From NCBI GenBank assembly GCA_000934665.2, contig KZ538009.1:124001-159859 (forward strand): DNA of 35,859 nucleotides, read 5' to 3'. The notes beneath the pieces were generated by a model that was not told the DNA's origin, did not search any database, and was given only the letters and a program-made list of their open reading frames with translations. How positions within the stretch are numbered: the stretch's first letter is position 1; the number at the start of each line of letters is the position of its first letter. The stretch comes from Catajapyx aquilonaris. Its lineage: Eukaryota. Shown piece after piece: positions 22,911 to 34,162 of this stretch. Made by a program: the position numbers and the translations under genes.

Positions 22911-24886
22911 ATGTCGATGGACTTCTTCTTTGGTTTCCTGGATGTCGGTGCTGGGGAGTCGGTCAGTGCGCCGTTGAACGCGGCGCTGGCTATGGGACAG
23001 TGGGAGGCGGCGGAGAGGATACTGAGCGAGATGGAGCAGGACGACCCGGTGCTCAATCTCGGTGAGATCCGCACAATTAGCGTCTGACGCAATGAATTAA
23101 TCCGCATATTTTCAGATCACTATGGGAGACGACCGTTGGCCATGGTGCTGTCGTGCCACTACAGCGAGCATATGAAACGAGGCATTAATCTGAAGCTGGT
23201 TAAGATGATGGTGGAGAAAGGGGCTGATCCGAACCTTCCAATCATGATGATTTTTCCCAACTATTGCCTTCCACTCACCGAGGTCATCAGGCTCTACATT
23301 ATGATCTCAGAGATGTGCCAGTATGTTCATTTCTTCGCTAGGTTACCGGATCGATAGTCATTCGATTGTACTCTTCAGAAATGGTGAGAAAAGCAGCATT
23401 CCGTGGTTGTTTGGGCTGAGTGGCGAGGAGAACTTGACGGCTGAGGAGGCCATGGATGACCTTGTGTCGCTCATTGAGTTTTTATTAGGTAAGTACACCT
23501 TACAAATCTGCCGTCCCACAGAAAAAAGTCGTATCTGCAAAACCGTTCAAGTCGACTTTCCCACTGTAGAGCACTGGAAAGTCGACTTGAACGGTTTTGC
23601 AGATACGGCTTTTTTTCCATGGGACGGCAGAAGTGGCCTTAATTCCAATTTCAAATCCAATTTCAGCTCGAGGTGCAGATCCAAATGGGCGTACTATGAC
23701 CGACAACATGTCCATACTACAGCGGGTGATAAAGGAGCATGGTTCCCGCAGGTCCTTAGTGAAGATGCTGTGTGAGTCGGGTGGTAACGTCAATCGTGTG
23801 GACTATTTTGGTGCAACGCCGGTCATGAGCTTGCCATATATTTGCCCACGAGATGCGATTCATCTTCTGGAGTACTTCTGGGACAGCCAGCGTTCGCCGG
23901 ACATTCACAAGAAAGACAGGGTGGGGCGGACCACGTTTTGGCTTTCACTCATGAGAGGGTGCACTGACTTGTCGGTCAGATTGTGTGAGATGGGTACGAG
24001 TGAAGAGACACAGGCACAGGTGGTGACGGAGAACCCTCTTGCCTTCATGCTTCCCGAGACACTCAGGATTAGTGCGCTGTTTGCTCCCCACCTGAAAGAC
24101 TCCCATGCGTACGTTGACTTCTGTGGGTTTATACACAACCGGAACAGGAAATACAGCAAGGCTGCCATGGACCTGGTTGTGACCAAGACCGTGGCACCCA
24201 TGGTCGATGCAGGGTACCTGAACAACAGGTGCATGCTCTAGTCATCCCTTTTTGCGACAAGATCGTAGCAAACATTGCAATCACAACTGTTAAACTGATA
24301 TTCCTTTTCTATCTGCAGGTACATACAATATGAGCTTCAGTACCTGCTTCACAAGACATCTCGCTTCCCCCGCCTGTGTTGTCCGTACTTGGACCAGCGT
24401 CAGAGACTAGTCCCACTCATGTTTGGTGCAACAACTTCTGGTCTGGTACAACTGTGCGTTCGAAGCATTGTCACACAGGTTTTCTTTGACAACCCAAAGG
24501 GCGTGAGGAATGTCTGCTTGATGTCCGCACGGCCCTTACCACCAGAGATCTCGAATGTGGACCACAGGCAAAAATGGATTGCATGGCAGATGACACCATC
24601 GTTGATCAATGTCTTGGTCAGGCGCTTGAACTTGCCTTTGACTTTAAGAGAAAACTTTGAGATTGAGGCCGCCAAATGCCAGCTGAGCGCAGTATTGCAT
24701 TTGTACAATCACCTCGATTGTTGCCACTACACCACCACTGGCGACGAAGAGGATGACAATTCGTGGCAGGCGCCACCACTACGCGAGTATGAGGCCGATC
24801 TCAGGAACAATCATTGTTGCGATGAGTACGAGGAGGATGAGATGGACGTCGAGAGCGAGTCCGACTATGAGTACGACAACAATTGA
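22911..24886 (+). CDS. Ankyrin-repeat protein with SOCS-box-like C-terminus and acidic tail (ASB-like), 5 coding exons, ~531 aa
   Basis: Exons 22911-23061, 23116-23320, 23379-23488, 23667-24228 and 24319-24886 join in frame. Ankyrin motifs: DHYGRRPL..LVKMMVEKGADPN, LIEFLLARGADPN, LVKMLCESGGNVNRVDYFGATPV, IHKKDRVGRTT. SGLVQLCVRSI resembles a BC-box and LNLPLTLRENF a cullin box. Probable 5'UTR exon at 22741-22781. The start is uncertain (upstream in-frame ATG at 22872). Confidence 0.82.
23507..23631. mobile_element. Near-perfect 125-bp palindrome (fold-back/MITE-like) in ankyrin gene intron 23489-23666
   Basis: Arms 23507-23561 and 23576-23631 (~55 bp) differ by about 3 substitutions and 1 indel, with a 14-nt loop. 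The right flank reads ...GGCC|TTA and TTA also occurs on the left. Confidence 0.8.
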
Positions 24887-25227
24887 GTGTGGGATCAAGG
24901 CATGCTTTTCCATAGATTTGCCAGCATTTTTTCAAAGGTGTCGCAGAAAGGGGACGTATTTTTCTACATTGTTACCGGTTGTTGGGTGCAATTAGTGGAG
25001 AGATTATTAGATTAGATAATAATCGTAACTGTCGAGTACATGGCTTTTAGGTGTGTGCAAGTTGTAACGTTTTCGGAAGGAAAAAAATGACATGGATGTT
25101 ACAGCGTGTGTACACATGTGATACTGAGTGTCAATAACTGGCATATGTTATGGTGAGATCTGTTGAGTTTTAAAATTACTTTTATTTGCCATACAAAATG
25201 GTTTCGGATTTAAAGGAAATACCGTGT

Positions 25228-25406
25228 ACAAGGTGAGCCAAAAGTTTGCTAGTCAGTCGTAATTATTCCTTATTGGCCCCAATGTTTTATTTGCTGCTCT
25301 TAACAATGAAGCACCACTTTCTCATTGGAGAGTAATTTCTGAAATGGTAGCTGTTTATCAGTTGTTACTTAAAATTATTTAGAAACATTCTTCTGACTCA
25401 CTTTGT
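25228..25406. mobile_element. Possible decayed Tc1/mariner-type MITE
   Basis: Degenerate inverted termini acaaggtgagccaaaag and cttctgactcactttgt resemble TACAGGGTG-type ends. Confidence 0.35.
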
Positions 25407-26009
25407 TGATACTAGTTTTTACTAATTTTATGTGAGGATTTAGCCAGTAATTAATTTGTTAAAAATATTTAGTATAATGTATGGACTGTGCTGACAGTAA
25501 TCTGTCTTAATATTTTTAGTTGTGATGTCAATTATAGTTTTATTTACCGATGAAGCAGTTTTGTATACTTTTGGTAAAGTAAAATATCAGTTATATAGTT
25601 GGCGTGTTTTACTACTATTGCTGGAATCCAGCTGGAAACTTATTCACTTATTCTTATTACGTTGTTATTCGTCAAGCAATATTAATCAACAAAATTTCTC
25701 TGGTATAGTACAATGGCTGCAAGGTAATAATCAACATTTTTTTTCATCTGAGAATGCATCCAGGGGTGCAACACATTAACACAGCAAAAGCATCTGCGGT
25801 CTGTTGCAGGCATTTTAACAGTGAGTGTCCAACAACAAAACTGGTTTTTGCTCAGCCCAGCTCAGCTCATGAGCCTGTTGATCCAGACTGTAATGCATAA
25901 TTCTGCAGAACAATTGAGTAGGCCAGCTTGTACATAAGTTTGCTAGAAATAAACCCACGAAAAAAAACATGACACATTAAATAATGAAGGCCAATCAGAA
26001 TGTTGACAT

Positions 26010-26040
26010 GAGGGATTTCCCCTCTCTCTTATCATCATCA
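26010..26040 (+). promoter_or_regulatory. NF-kB (Rel) + GATA composite motif, copy 1
   Basis: GGGATTTCCC at 26012-26021 is a perfect kB consensus, and CTTATC lies at 26028-26033. The 31-bp block is identical in copy 2. Confidence 0.55.
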
Positions 26041-26298
26041 GGGTATTGGTAGTTGGCCCATACGGCCCACACCCCCCAGCAATAATAATCTCCAAAGCTG
26101 TTTATTCTTTATTGGTGCTGCAGAGTGCAGAGAACTAGACAAGCCCACGCACTCATCTCGCTTGGTTCGTCAACTTTGAACTTTTAGTACCATGTTGTAA
26201 GGATTCTGAACCCAGCTGTACTCCATGTACTGTATTACTGAAGTCTGGGAGTTTAGTGTGGCAAGATAATTATTTCCTGGCACACACAGTGGTGATAT

Positions 26299-29200
26299 TG
26301 TCAGGACCCTTGCCCTTACCCCTGACCTACCTAGGTCGCAGGGGTGGGAATAAGAGTCCGGTAGGAGGTTAAATCAGTGTATTGCAGTCTGAGTGATACA
26401 GGAGAGAGAGTCTCTCGAGGGCCGAAGCCCCCTTCCTTTTATACAGTATTACAGCCACCAGATGGCGCACAAGAACAGGGACAATTTCCAAAAGAGGATA
26501 AATGCTGGAACCACACACGTGGTCCCCACATACCCCCCTACTTCAAAAACCTGGAGCGACACCGCTCCAGCACACACTCAAAACAATTTCAATTAACAAG
26601 CCAATCAAGTCCAAAAAAATTTCAAACAGCAACAGCCCCCCAAAAGGTAAGTTCACTCTGGACATTAAAATTCAATCCGAACCCACAAACACGTACACAA
26701 GTCCACGTACACATCCACCACTGGAACTCGGTTGCAGTATCCAAGCAGCAGCACACACAGGTCAGCCATGGTCCACTGGTCCAGAAGTCCAGGCGGCACC
26801 ACCAAGCACCCACTTCGTAGAAAGGTCCGAACGTCGGAGGCCTCTTCTTCGAATACATCCACGGTGTCCTTCCAGAACGTCGGAAGCAGCACCAGTCCAG
26901 AGCACCAGGCTCCAGACACGTGACACACCCACCAGGGCATGTGCACCGGTCAGGAATGTCCTCCCAACCAAGGCAACACGACGAGTGACTCAAACATGTC
27001 ACCGGAGAGCAGTAGCTGGTCTTGACCCACATACGTCATCAAGGTCAGCACCGGAACCACGTGCTCGCAGCTCCAGGAATTCTTCAAGGCGACGACAACT
27101 CGCCATCGTCCACCTCTCCTTCCAACCTCCTCTCCATCCATCCTCCAGCTGAGCGCAGCCGGAACAGCCAAACAGCCCATCCTTCGTCAGATAAAAGCAG
27201 CAGGCAGCACTGGAGATGACGCCTCACTCCAGTTGTCCATCGCAGCTCCCGTACGCAGCTGATGGCGACAATCAGACCCGGAATCCACCGACCAGGACGG
27301 TGCAGATGAGGAGTACCTGGACCTCGCTTGAAGGGCTGCGCAGCCCCTTCCCGGCCCGGACGGCACTTGGAGTTAACCGCCCACGCCAAGCACATCAGCG
27401 TCAGTCCACCGACCCCCCAACCACCTCCTTGAGGTCAATAAAAGACCAAGTCAGGCCATGCCAAACTCAGGCATGCCCAAAAACGCCCCTCGGCTACCTC
27501 TGAAGCCGAATCACGTCAGGTGTCTAGACCCCTTGACCATAGAGTCCTCCGACATGACCTACTGAGCCCCTCCAAGCCAACAGCCTCCAGGAGTTAACCC
27601 ACTCCAAGCCGTACGACCTCCAGGAGAGCGCCAACGTAGGCTCCCACCAGGGATCCCCTGACCCAGGGCAGGATGACTAGCATCCCACGGGCAGCGATAA
27701 TAAATTAATATTTCGCTGGCTACTGGTCATCAGGCCTCGAAAATTCAAGACCATCCGTCGACGTCGACATCGCATCTTCGACGACGGTGTTCGCACTCGG
27801 TCGCCCACGGCCGATGCAAACCATCCGACAAAACCATCGGGTCGGTCAACATGTGGTCAGCTCTGGTCAGCGCGACCCAAGCTCGACCTCGACATGTGAC
27901 CTCCAGTTCGTCCAATTCCACTGGGCCGAACCAGCAGGCCGTACTATGCAACCCTAGCATTGACCTGGTCCAGTCAGTCCAACAAGCAGCGTCAGCTGAC
28001 TCGGCACCGCATTAAAAGAGTACACTCCCAAGTACACCATATCATGCGGTACTCAAGATCGGACAAAGTACAAAGACCACCTTCGACTGGGCCAGTGACT
28101 TGTCCAAATCAACACCACGCATTAACTCCAAGGCATTGCGCTACAATCAGCACAATATATTAACAGCCCCGTCTCCGGAACAGCTATTACATCAGCTAAA
28201 CCAGATAATCCCGCCAAACAATGCGACACTGTGTATGACGCACCATCAGCAGCGTGGGTCGGTAGGCGTGAGAAAGGCATGTACTTCCTCCTCCCACCAG
28301 CCAGATCACCTGAGTCCCAGGTAACTAGCCATCGAAGCCAAATGCTACTATCAGTCAGCACTTTTCTTCTTCATCTCGGCCGCCTCATGTTTGTCATCAC
28401 AACATGATTGAATGGCCATTGTGCCCTGCATGAACACAATCAGACTTCCTGCAAGTCTTCCTGCGCTAATTATGGACACCTGACTTGCTTTTGAGGACGA
28501 TCTCATTCTCGTCAGCAACAATAGGGCGCCACTTCCCTCGGAATAAATCCGGGAAGAATCCGGTGACAAAATGATGCAACACCTTGTGCAACATTTTCCA
28601 ACCGCCTCCGTTACTTCATCAGTCAACGAAGGTCACGGTCACTTGGCGCTACAGGGAACTCTCCCACGCAACCTGTGACAGCCCGACACCAGCACAATCG
28701 ACACCGTCCGTGCGGTGCTTGCACCTGAGTGCTCCGTAGGGTATGACAGTACATGTACTGTACATTCTGTCAATTTCCTGCCCAGATTCATAAGTCAACG
28801 TCGACCCTGAATCGTCAAAGAAAGTTTCGGTGCATGCAGCGTGCATCGACAACCTATCTTCCCCTCTCCGTACCGGATCATGCTCCGGTACCTCAGAGGC
28901 ACAGTACGTACAGTGGAGTTGGTACGGCAATATGGGCACCTACTCGTGACAAAATGACACCACCTTCATCGCTATTGCATCAGCAACAAGGCAACATCTT
29001 TGAGGCACCGACAGTCGTCATTTCAACCGACTCCCGTCGACACCAGTCTTACAGCTGGCACCTCGACGTCTTGCATCGAGACCAACAGCCCCGCCATTTG
29101 GCAGGCGACTGACCATCGTCATCCCGGTTCGACACGTCCGGAAACACACGTTCCGGAACCGCATCACCACTGCTGGACAAGTACGGGTACTCCCGACCCA

Positions 29201-30034
29201 TGCCCTGCTTTGCTGCATATCGCATGCGTGGTCTGTTGAGCGTCAACAACCAACAACACGCAGCTGCTCATCCGGATCAGCACTATAGCCGCCTCCGGAT
29301 TTTGGCAGCGGGGTCACTCAGGACAGATTCGTCCCCCTCAACCCAACATACGGCGGCACCTCGACACCCTGCATCGAGGTTCGCTCCGACAATGCTCCGA
29401 CTGACCACCGTCATGTCGATCCGACACGCCCGGAAACGCACGTTCTGGAGCAATGTCGTTCCTGCTGGACAAGGACGGATACACCCAGGAATTGGTACAC
29501 CCGACACATGCCCTGCAATGCTGCGTATTGCATGGCTGGTCTGTTGTCTGGCAACAACCAACAGCACGCAATACTCCTCCGGAACGGCACTTTTACCGCC
29601 TCCGGATTTGCAGCAGGGTCATGGAGGACGGCTTCGTCCCCCTCGACCCAACGTACGGCGGCAAGTCAACGTTGACCTGCCCGCCCGTACTCACCCTCTC
29701 TCCTCTGCTCGACCCGCAAGCCGAATCAGGCCGCAACACCTCATCGTCCTCCATACCACAACCGGGTATGTGCAGATTGTCTACACAAAACCACATGGGG
29801 CGCCAAATGTCAGGACCCTGACCTGACCCCTGACCTACCTAGGTCGCAGGGTGTGGGAATAAGAGTCCGGTAGGAGGTTACATCAGTGTATTGCTGGAGA
29901 TACAGGAGAGAGAGTCTTTCGAGGGCCGAAGCCCCCTTCCTTTTATACAGTATTACAGCCACCAGATGGCGCACAAGAACAGGGACAATTTCCAAAAGAG
30001 GATAAATGCTGGAACCACACACGTGGTCCCCACA
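26299..30034 (-). mobile_element. Non-autonomous Ty3/gypsy-like LTR retrotransposon, 3736 bp
   Basis: LTRs at 26299-26530 and 29808-30034, both TGT...ACA. ATAT target-site duplication at 26295-26298 and 30035-30038. Minus-strand PBS TGGCGCCCCATGTGG (13/15 match to the tRNA-Lys CUU PBS) next to 29808, and PPT GAAGTAGGGGGGTA next to 26530. Decayed RNase H-like then integrase-like fragments (ILSPDSSR, LTDSSIWLRWL, FSRLP, YCADC, WFGP). No intact ORF. Confidence 0.92.
29059..29661. repeat. Diverged ~300-bp tandem duplication inside the LTR element
   Basis: Units 29059-29356 and 29357-29661 both begin cacctcgac...tgcatcgag and end ttcgtccccctc.acccaac.tacggcgg. Confidence 0.9.
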
Positions 30035-30998
30035 ATATAAGGATTGACACCTGTTGCGTAAGCACCAAGGTATGCACTGTGGAGCTTATACATTGCTAAT
30101 TAGATAACTTCAGAATTCAATAGAAACAGTAAGGCAGGCAAAGAAGACGTTCCTAGAAGTACAGGTTCCTGTTCGTGTTGGTAAACAAATCTTATTAGAT
30201 CTCACATATATTTTGTGTTCAACAGTAAAGTACAGGTACAGTACTGGGCCTACCTAAGCAAGATACATGAACATTTATACATTGCACCATTGCACCATTG
30301 CAGTATTAGCTTTGCATAATTTCATTACATTATTGCATTGCACTGCACCGATAGTTAAATTTTATCTCGCAAGAACATATTTTTGTGCCTTACCATCACT
30401 GAAGCCCTCGACACAAGAAAAATATTGCTCATGACCAGACATTTTGCATTAGGGAACTTTTGTGGTTGATAATAATAGGCCTAATTTGAAATCATATGCC
30501 AAAAGTTTAGAAAGAGATGTACCTACATTGCATCCTATTGTGTGAAGTTGTTGTTGTTGTTGTCAATGTTGTTATTTCACATGATGGCTTTCAGGACTGG
30601 TCCATGGTACTGTATGTTGCAGAATTTAATATTTAATTTAATTTAATTTGAGATAATTATATTCCACAACTCTCACTGATCAAGTCCCTTAGATATCCTA
30701 GAAGCTGACCAAGTGATCATACCACCTTATCTGTAATTAAATTTATCTCACTGATGAGCGTGATGACATATAGGCTACTCCATTTCTTGTAGTGTCATTT
30801 AAAATCAACAAGGGAGGCAGGGCTACAGCAGATTCAGCGCGTACGACATTGCAACTTCAGACACTACAGCACACAAGTACTGGTAGGATATCTGTACCTG
30901 TATCTGTATACCTGTACCTGAATGTAAAATTAATATTTTGTAATTCTCCAGAATGTATGATCTCGTGCACCTCTCCACGACTCCACATCAGTTGCAGT

Positions 30999-32022
30999 AT
31001 GACGGGCACACTCTCTGGAGCCTCCAGCTACTCCATGGAATGGAAGATCCCCAACTTCAGAACCATCAGCGAACCGAAGAGACTTCATTCACCTGTCATG
31101 TCGCTTCATGGAATTCCAGGTGTTTGGAATTTATGGCTTGATCGGGTGATCAGCAGGCACGATATTTGCATTTCTGTTTACGTTCAGCATTCACCACCAC
31201 CACCACCACGAAGGACGATTAATGCCAATGTGACACCAGAACTGAAGATAGAGTTGCGTAAGACTAGGTCGCATATTTATGATAAACCAGATAATTTTGC
31301 ATGTACTCTGGAGCAACATGTGTCTCCAACTTCAGGAATTTGGAAGGGAAGAATGGGCATTGGCATTAATGACATGGAAACTGTTGGTGTTAACGATTTT
31401 AACCTGACTTTAAAACTGGAGGGAAAGATGGAGAAATCATCATCCCTGCCTCTCATTGACATGCCCACACTGTCTAATGATTTGAAGAAAGTGTATGAAT
31501 TGGGAGGGGATCCAGACGTAACCCTTGTGGGGGATGACGAGGTTGAGGTCACTGCACACAAGTTCATACTGTCTGCCAGGAGTCCAGTCTTTGCTGCCAT
31601 GTTTCAGCATGACATGTTAGAAAAAGAGGCGGGAAAAGCCAAATTAACTGGCATTAAATCTGACGTAATAAGAGAGATGGTGTACTATATGTACACAGAT
31701 GAAGAGCCCGAGCATCGATCTTGACACTCTGGCATTTGATATCCTTCAGGCAGCTGAGATGTACGACCTGAAGGGTCTGAAGGAAATATGCGAAACACAT
31801 CTCTTTATGAAAATAAATGTCTCCAATGTTCATACTATTTTGTGCCAGGCTATAACTTTCAACAATTTAAATCTGAAGCAGAAGTGTATTGAGTATGCCA
31901 CTAAACATATTGAAGAGTTCAGAGATTCAGACACTTGGGAGGAGGCCAAGTCTCTTCTTCCAGCAGATGCAATGTTTGAAATCATGGAATCAATCATATC
32001 CCGAATGAAAGAAAGCCTGTAG
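30999..32022 (+). pseudogene. SPOP/TDPOZ-like MATH-like + BTB(-BACK-like) Cul3 adaptor, copy 1, one-base frameshift (pseudogene or assembly error)
   Basis: BTB signature DVTLV...AHKFILSARSPVFAAMFQHDMLE...REMVYYMYT, and MEWKIPNF resembles the first strand of a MATH domain. Removing one base near CCC 31707-31709 fuses the two ORFs into ~340 aa continuing ..DILQAAEMYDLKGLKEICE..LKQKCIEY. The CDS is intronless. The ATG was chosen by conservation with copy 2. Confidence 0.85.
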
Positions 32023-32854
32023 AGAAAGTGACATATTGCCTTGGATGTGCTCAGTAGCCTAGGTAGTGTAGGAGAACTTACGGAGATTATTATCGAGTTT
32101 ATTCTGTCGTAGGTTATTCATATTATCATATCATTCCAGCCGCTACTTATTATATTGAAATATAGTTGCAATAAGGTGTGTGTGGTGAGACAATACTGCT
32201 TGGCTTTAAGGTTTAAGGGATGAAATTTTTTACTGAATCCTGGTGTGCCCTTAATATTCCGAGAGACTAAATCAGACCAGAGTGCATGATACATAACAGT
32301 GTGCGGATTATTTGCATTTCTGCTGTTGTGCAAATGGGAGTCCTGCTCCGGTCCTGCTGCTCAAATGAATTCATTGAATATTTGGAAGTATCAGCTATTT
32401 TCAGTTATGCGGAACTAAATCTTCCATTAGTCATGTGTGAAAACCATACCTGCTATATCATTGACTACCTTCACTGCCACACAACAAGGGGTGGGGGGGG
32501 GGGGTGACCAGATACCTCACCTAAAAGCAAACCCCACAACCCTCTGTCCCTACCACCCTGTGACAGTAGGCCTACTAGCAGTAATTTAGTTTGGCCGACA
32601 TGTTTATCAGTGTCAGCAATGTTTTGTGGCAATTCTATACCAACTCTGTACTGAAATACATAATAGAGGTATTTAGAAGGTTCCATTTTCTGGGAATTTG
32701 GTAGTGTTGTTTTGTATTTTGGGAAAATAAAATATCTGACAGTATTTCCAATTATTTCCGTAGATCTGTTATTTCTGTGTGATATACTTTCCTGTATGTG
32801 ATTACTGGTAACTCGTGAATTTTCCCGTCTAGTGATAGTTGCCCTTTTCAAAGG

Positions 32855-33277
32855 CACAGTGGGAAACTACAGCTAAATCTTACTGCCTTACATCAAGTTC
32901 ACATTTCATGCAGCTTTCCATGACTGTCTGGTCTCGAGTTCATCCCTTCCTCTGAACCGCCTTCCGGCTCGTACGCGTCAAGGCAACATGATTCGTATAC
33001 TTCTGAACAATTTTGGTCCTTTCAGAATTACAAAAAATACTCCGAAAAACAAAAACAAAAGGTCTCTGAAGGAATAGGTCCGGAAAAGGCCCGAAACTGC
33101 TTCGAAACGTTTAACTATTATCCCATAAAAAGCCAAATTTGAATGAAAAGGCGCAAAAATCCACAATAAGCAAAATAGTTCCCAAAACCACTACAATTTT
33201 AGGCACTATGAAACCTACATTTTCCACATCTTGCATATTAAGCCAATAGATCTCTTCACAAACCCATCCCAACTGTG
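32855..33277. mobile_element. Possible CACAGTG-ended non-autonomous DNA element (Transib-like ends)
   Basis: Left end CACAGTGGGA and right end TCCCAACTGTG, flanked by aaagg and (t)aaagg. The TIRs are short and imperfect. Confidence 0.3.
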
Positions 33278-34131
33278 TAAAGGAACTAAATTATAGGCAT
33301 TTGCCTAAAAATCGCAGTTCAGTATAGTTTTGGTAAAGTAAAATATCAGTTGTTGTGTTTTACTAAGGAATAACTGAAATCCAGCTTGATGCTTTTTCTT
33401 GCATTATGATTAAAAAGAACCACCACCTGTATTATTTGTATGCAAAAGGCAACACAATTTCTCCGGTTCAACGGCAGCAAGAAGAGAGGCAATAATCAAG
33501 AGGAGCAGCATCCCAATGGTTTCATTTAAAAAATGTTCTGAACCTGATTGGTTATTCGAAGTGTACAGCCCAAGTCCATTGCAGTCCAACAATTCCCAAG
33601 CAATAAAAGAAACACTTACAAAACGTTAAATTGTGGCCCTAATTATTCCATTCAACTATTGATATTTTTTGCAAGCACAATATTATGTTAGTTCACTGTG
33701 GCATGACATCATCCAATTCATACACAGTGTCATGCAATACGGACATTTCGTATAGTACGGCTGGATGACCTTGATTTTATGAGAATGTTGTCTCAGAGGC
33801 GCAGCATTAACCCAGCAAAAGCAATGTTGCCGGCACATGCACGGGCATATGAGTGAGTGTCCAGTGGCAAAAGTGTTTTATGCTCAGCCCATGAATAATT
33901 ACTGTAAACTCTGGCCTCTCAAGCCTCGACCTCGACTGTACTGCATAATAATTCTGAAGAAATTTAGTAGCATACTTCGTGAAGAATGAAAGCCATCGGC
34001 AGTGTGCAGCATGCTGCAGAGGATTGCCCGGCAGCTTCTTCGAAAGACCTTGGCCTTGCCTTCAAAGGCAACCTCGGATGGAGCCTGCCAGTTTTGCATC
34101 TCTGGATATTGACATGAGAAGCAATGTCTGG

Positions 34132-34162
34132 GAGGGATTTCCCCTCTCTCTTATCATCATCA
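34132..34162 (+). promoter_or_regulatory. NF-kB (Rel) + GATA composite motif, copy 2
   Basis: GGGATTTCCC at 34134-34143 and CTTATC at 34150-34155, about 0.96 kb upstream of the copy 2 ATG. Confidence 0.55.

Noticed and set aside
23323..23793. Overlapping ORFs sharing the peptide KSRICKTVQVDFP on both strands
   Set aside because: An artefact of reading through the intronic palindrome.
26377..29826. Long Pro/Arg/Ser/Thr-rich + strand ORFs (216 aa, 208 aa) inside the LTR element
   Set aside because: They are antisense to the decayed pol in GC-rich DNA and have no domain features.
30792..30998. N-terminal extensions of the SPOP-like ORFs (also 35010-35093)
   Set aside because: They read through what look like 5'UTR exon and intron sequence (acceptor ttctccag in both copies). 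Clear protein similarity starts around MTGTL.
31700..31724. Programmed ribosomal frameshift in SPOP-like copy 1
   Set aside because: No recognisable slippery or shift-prone site or stimulatory structure; a mutation or a sequencing error is simpler.
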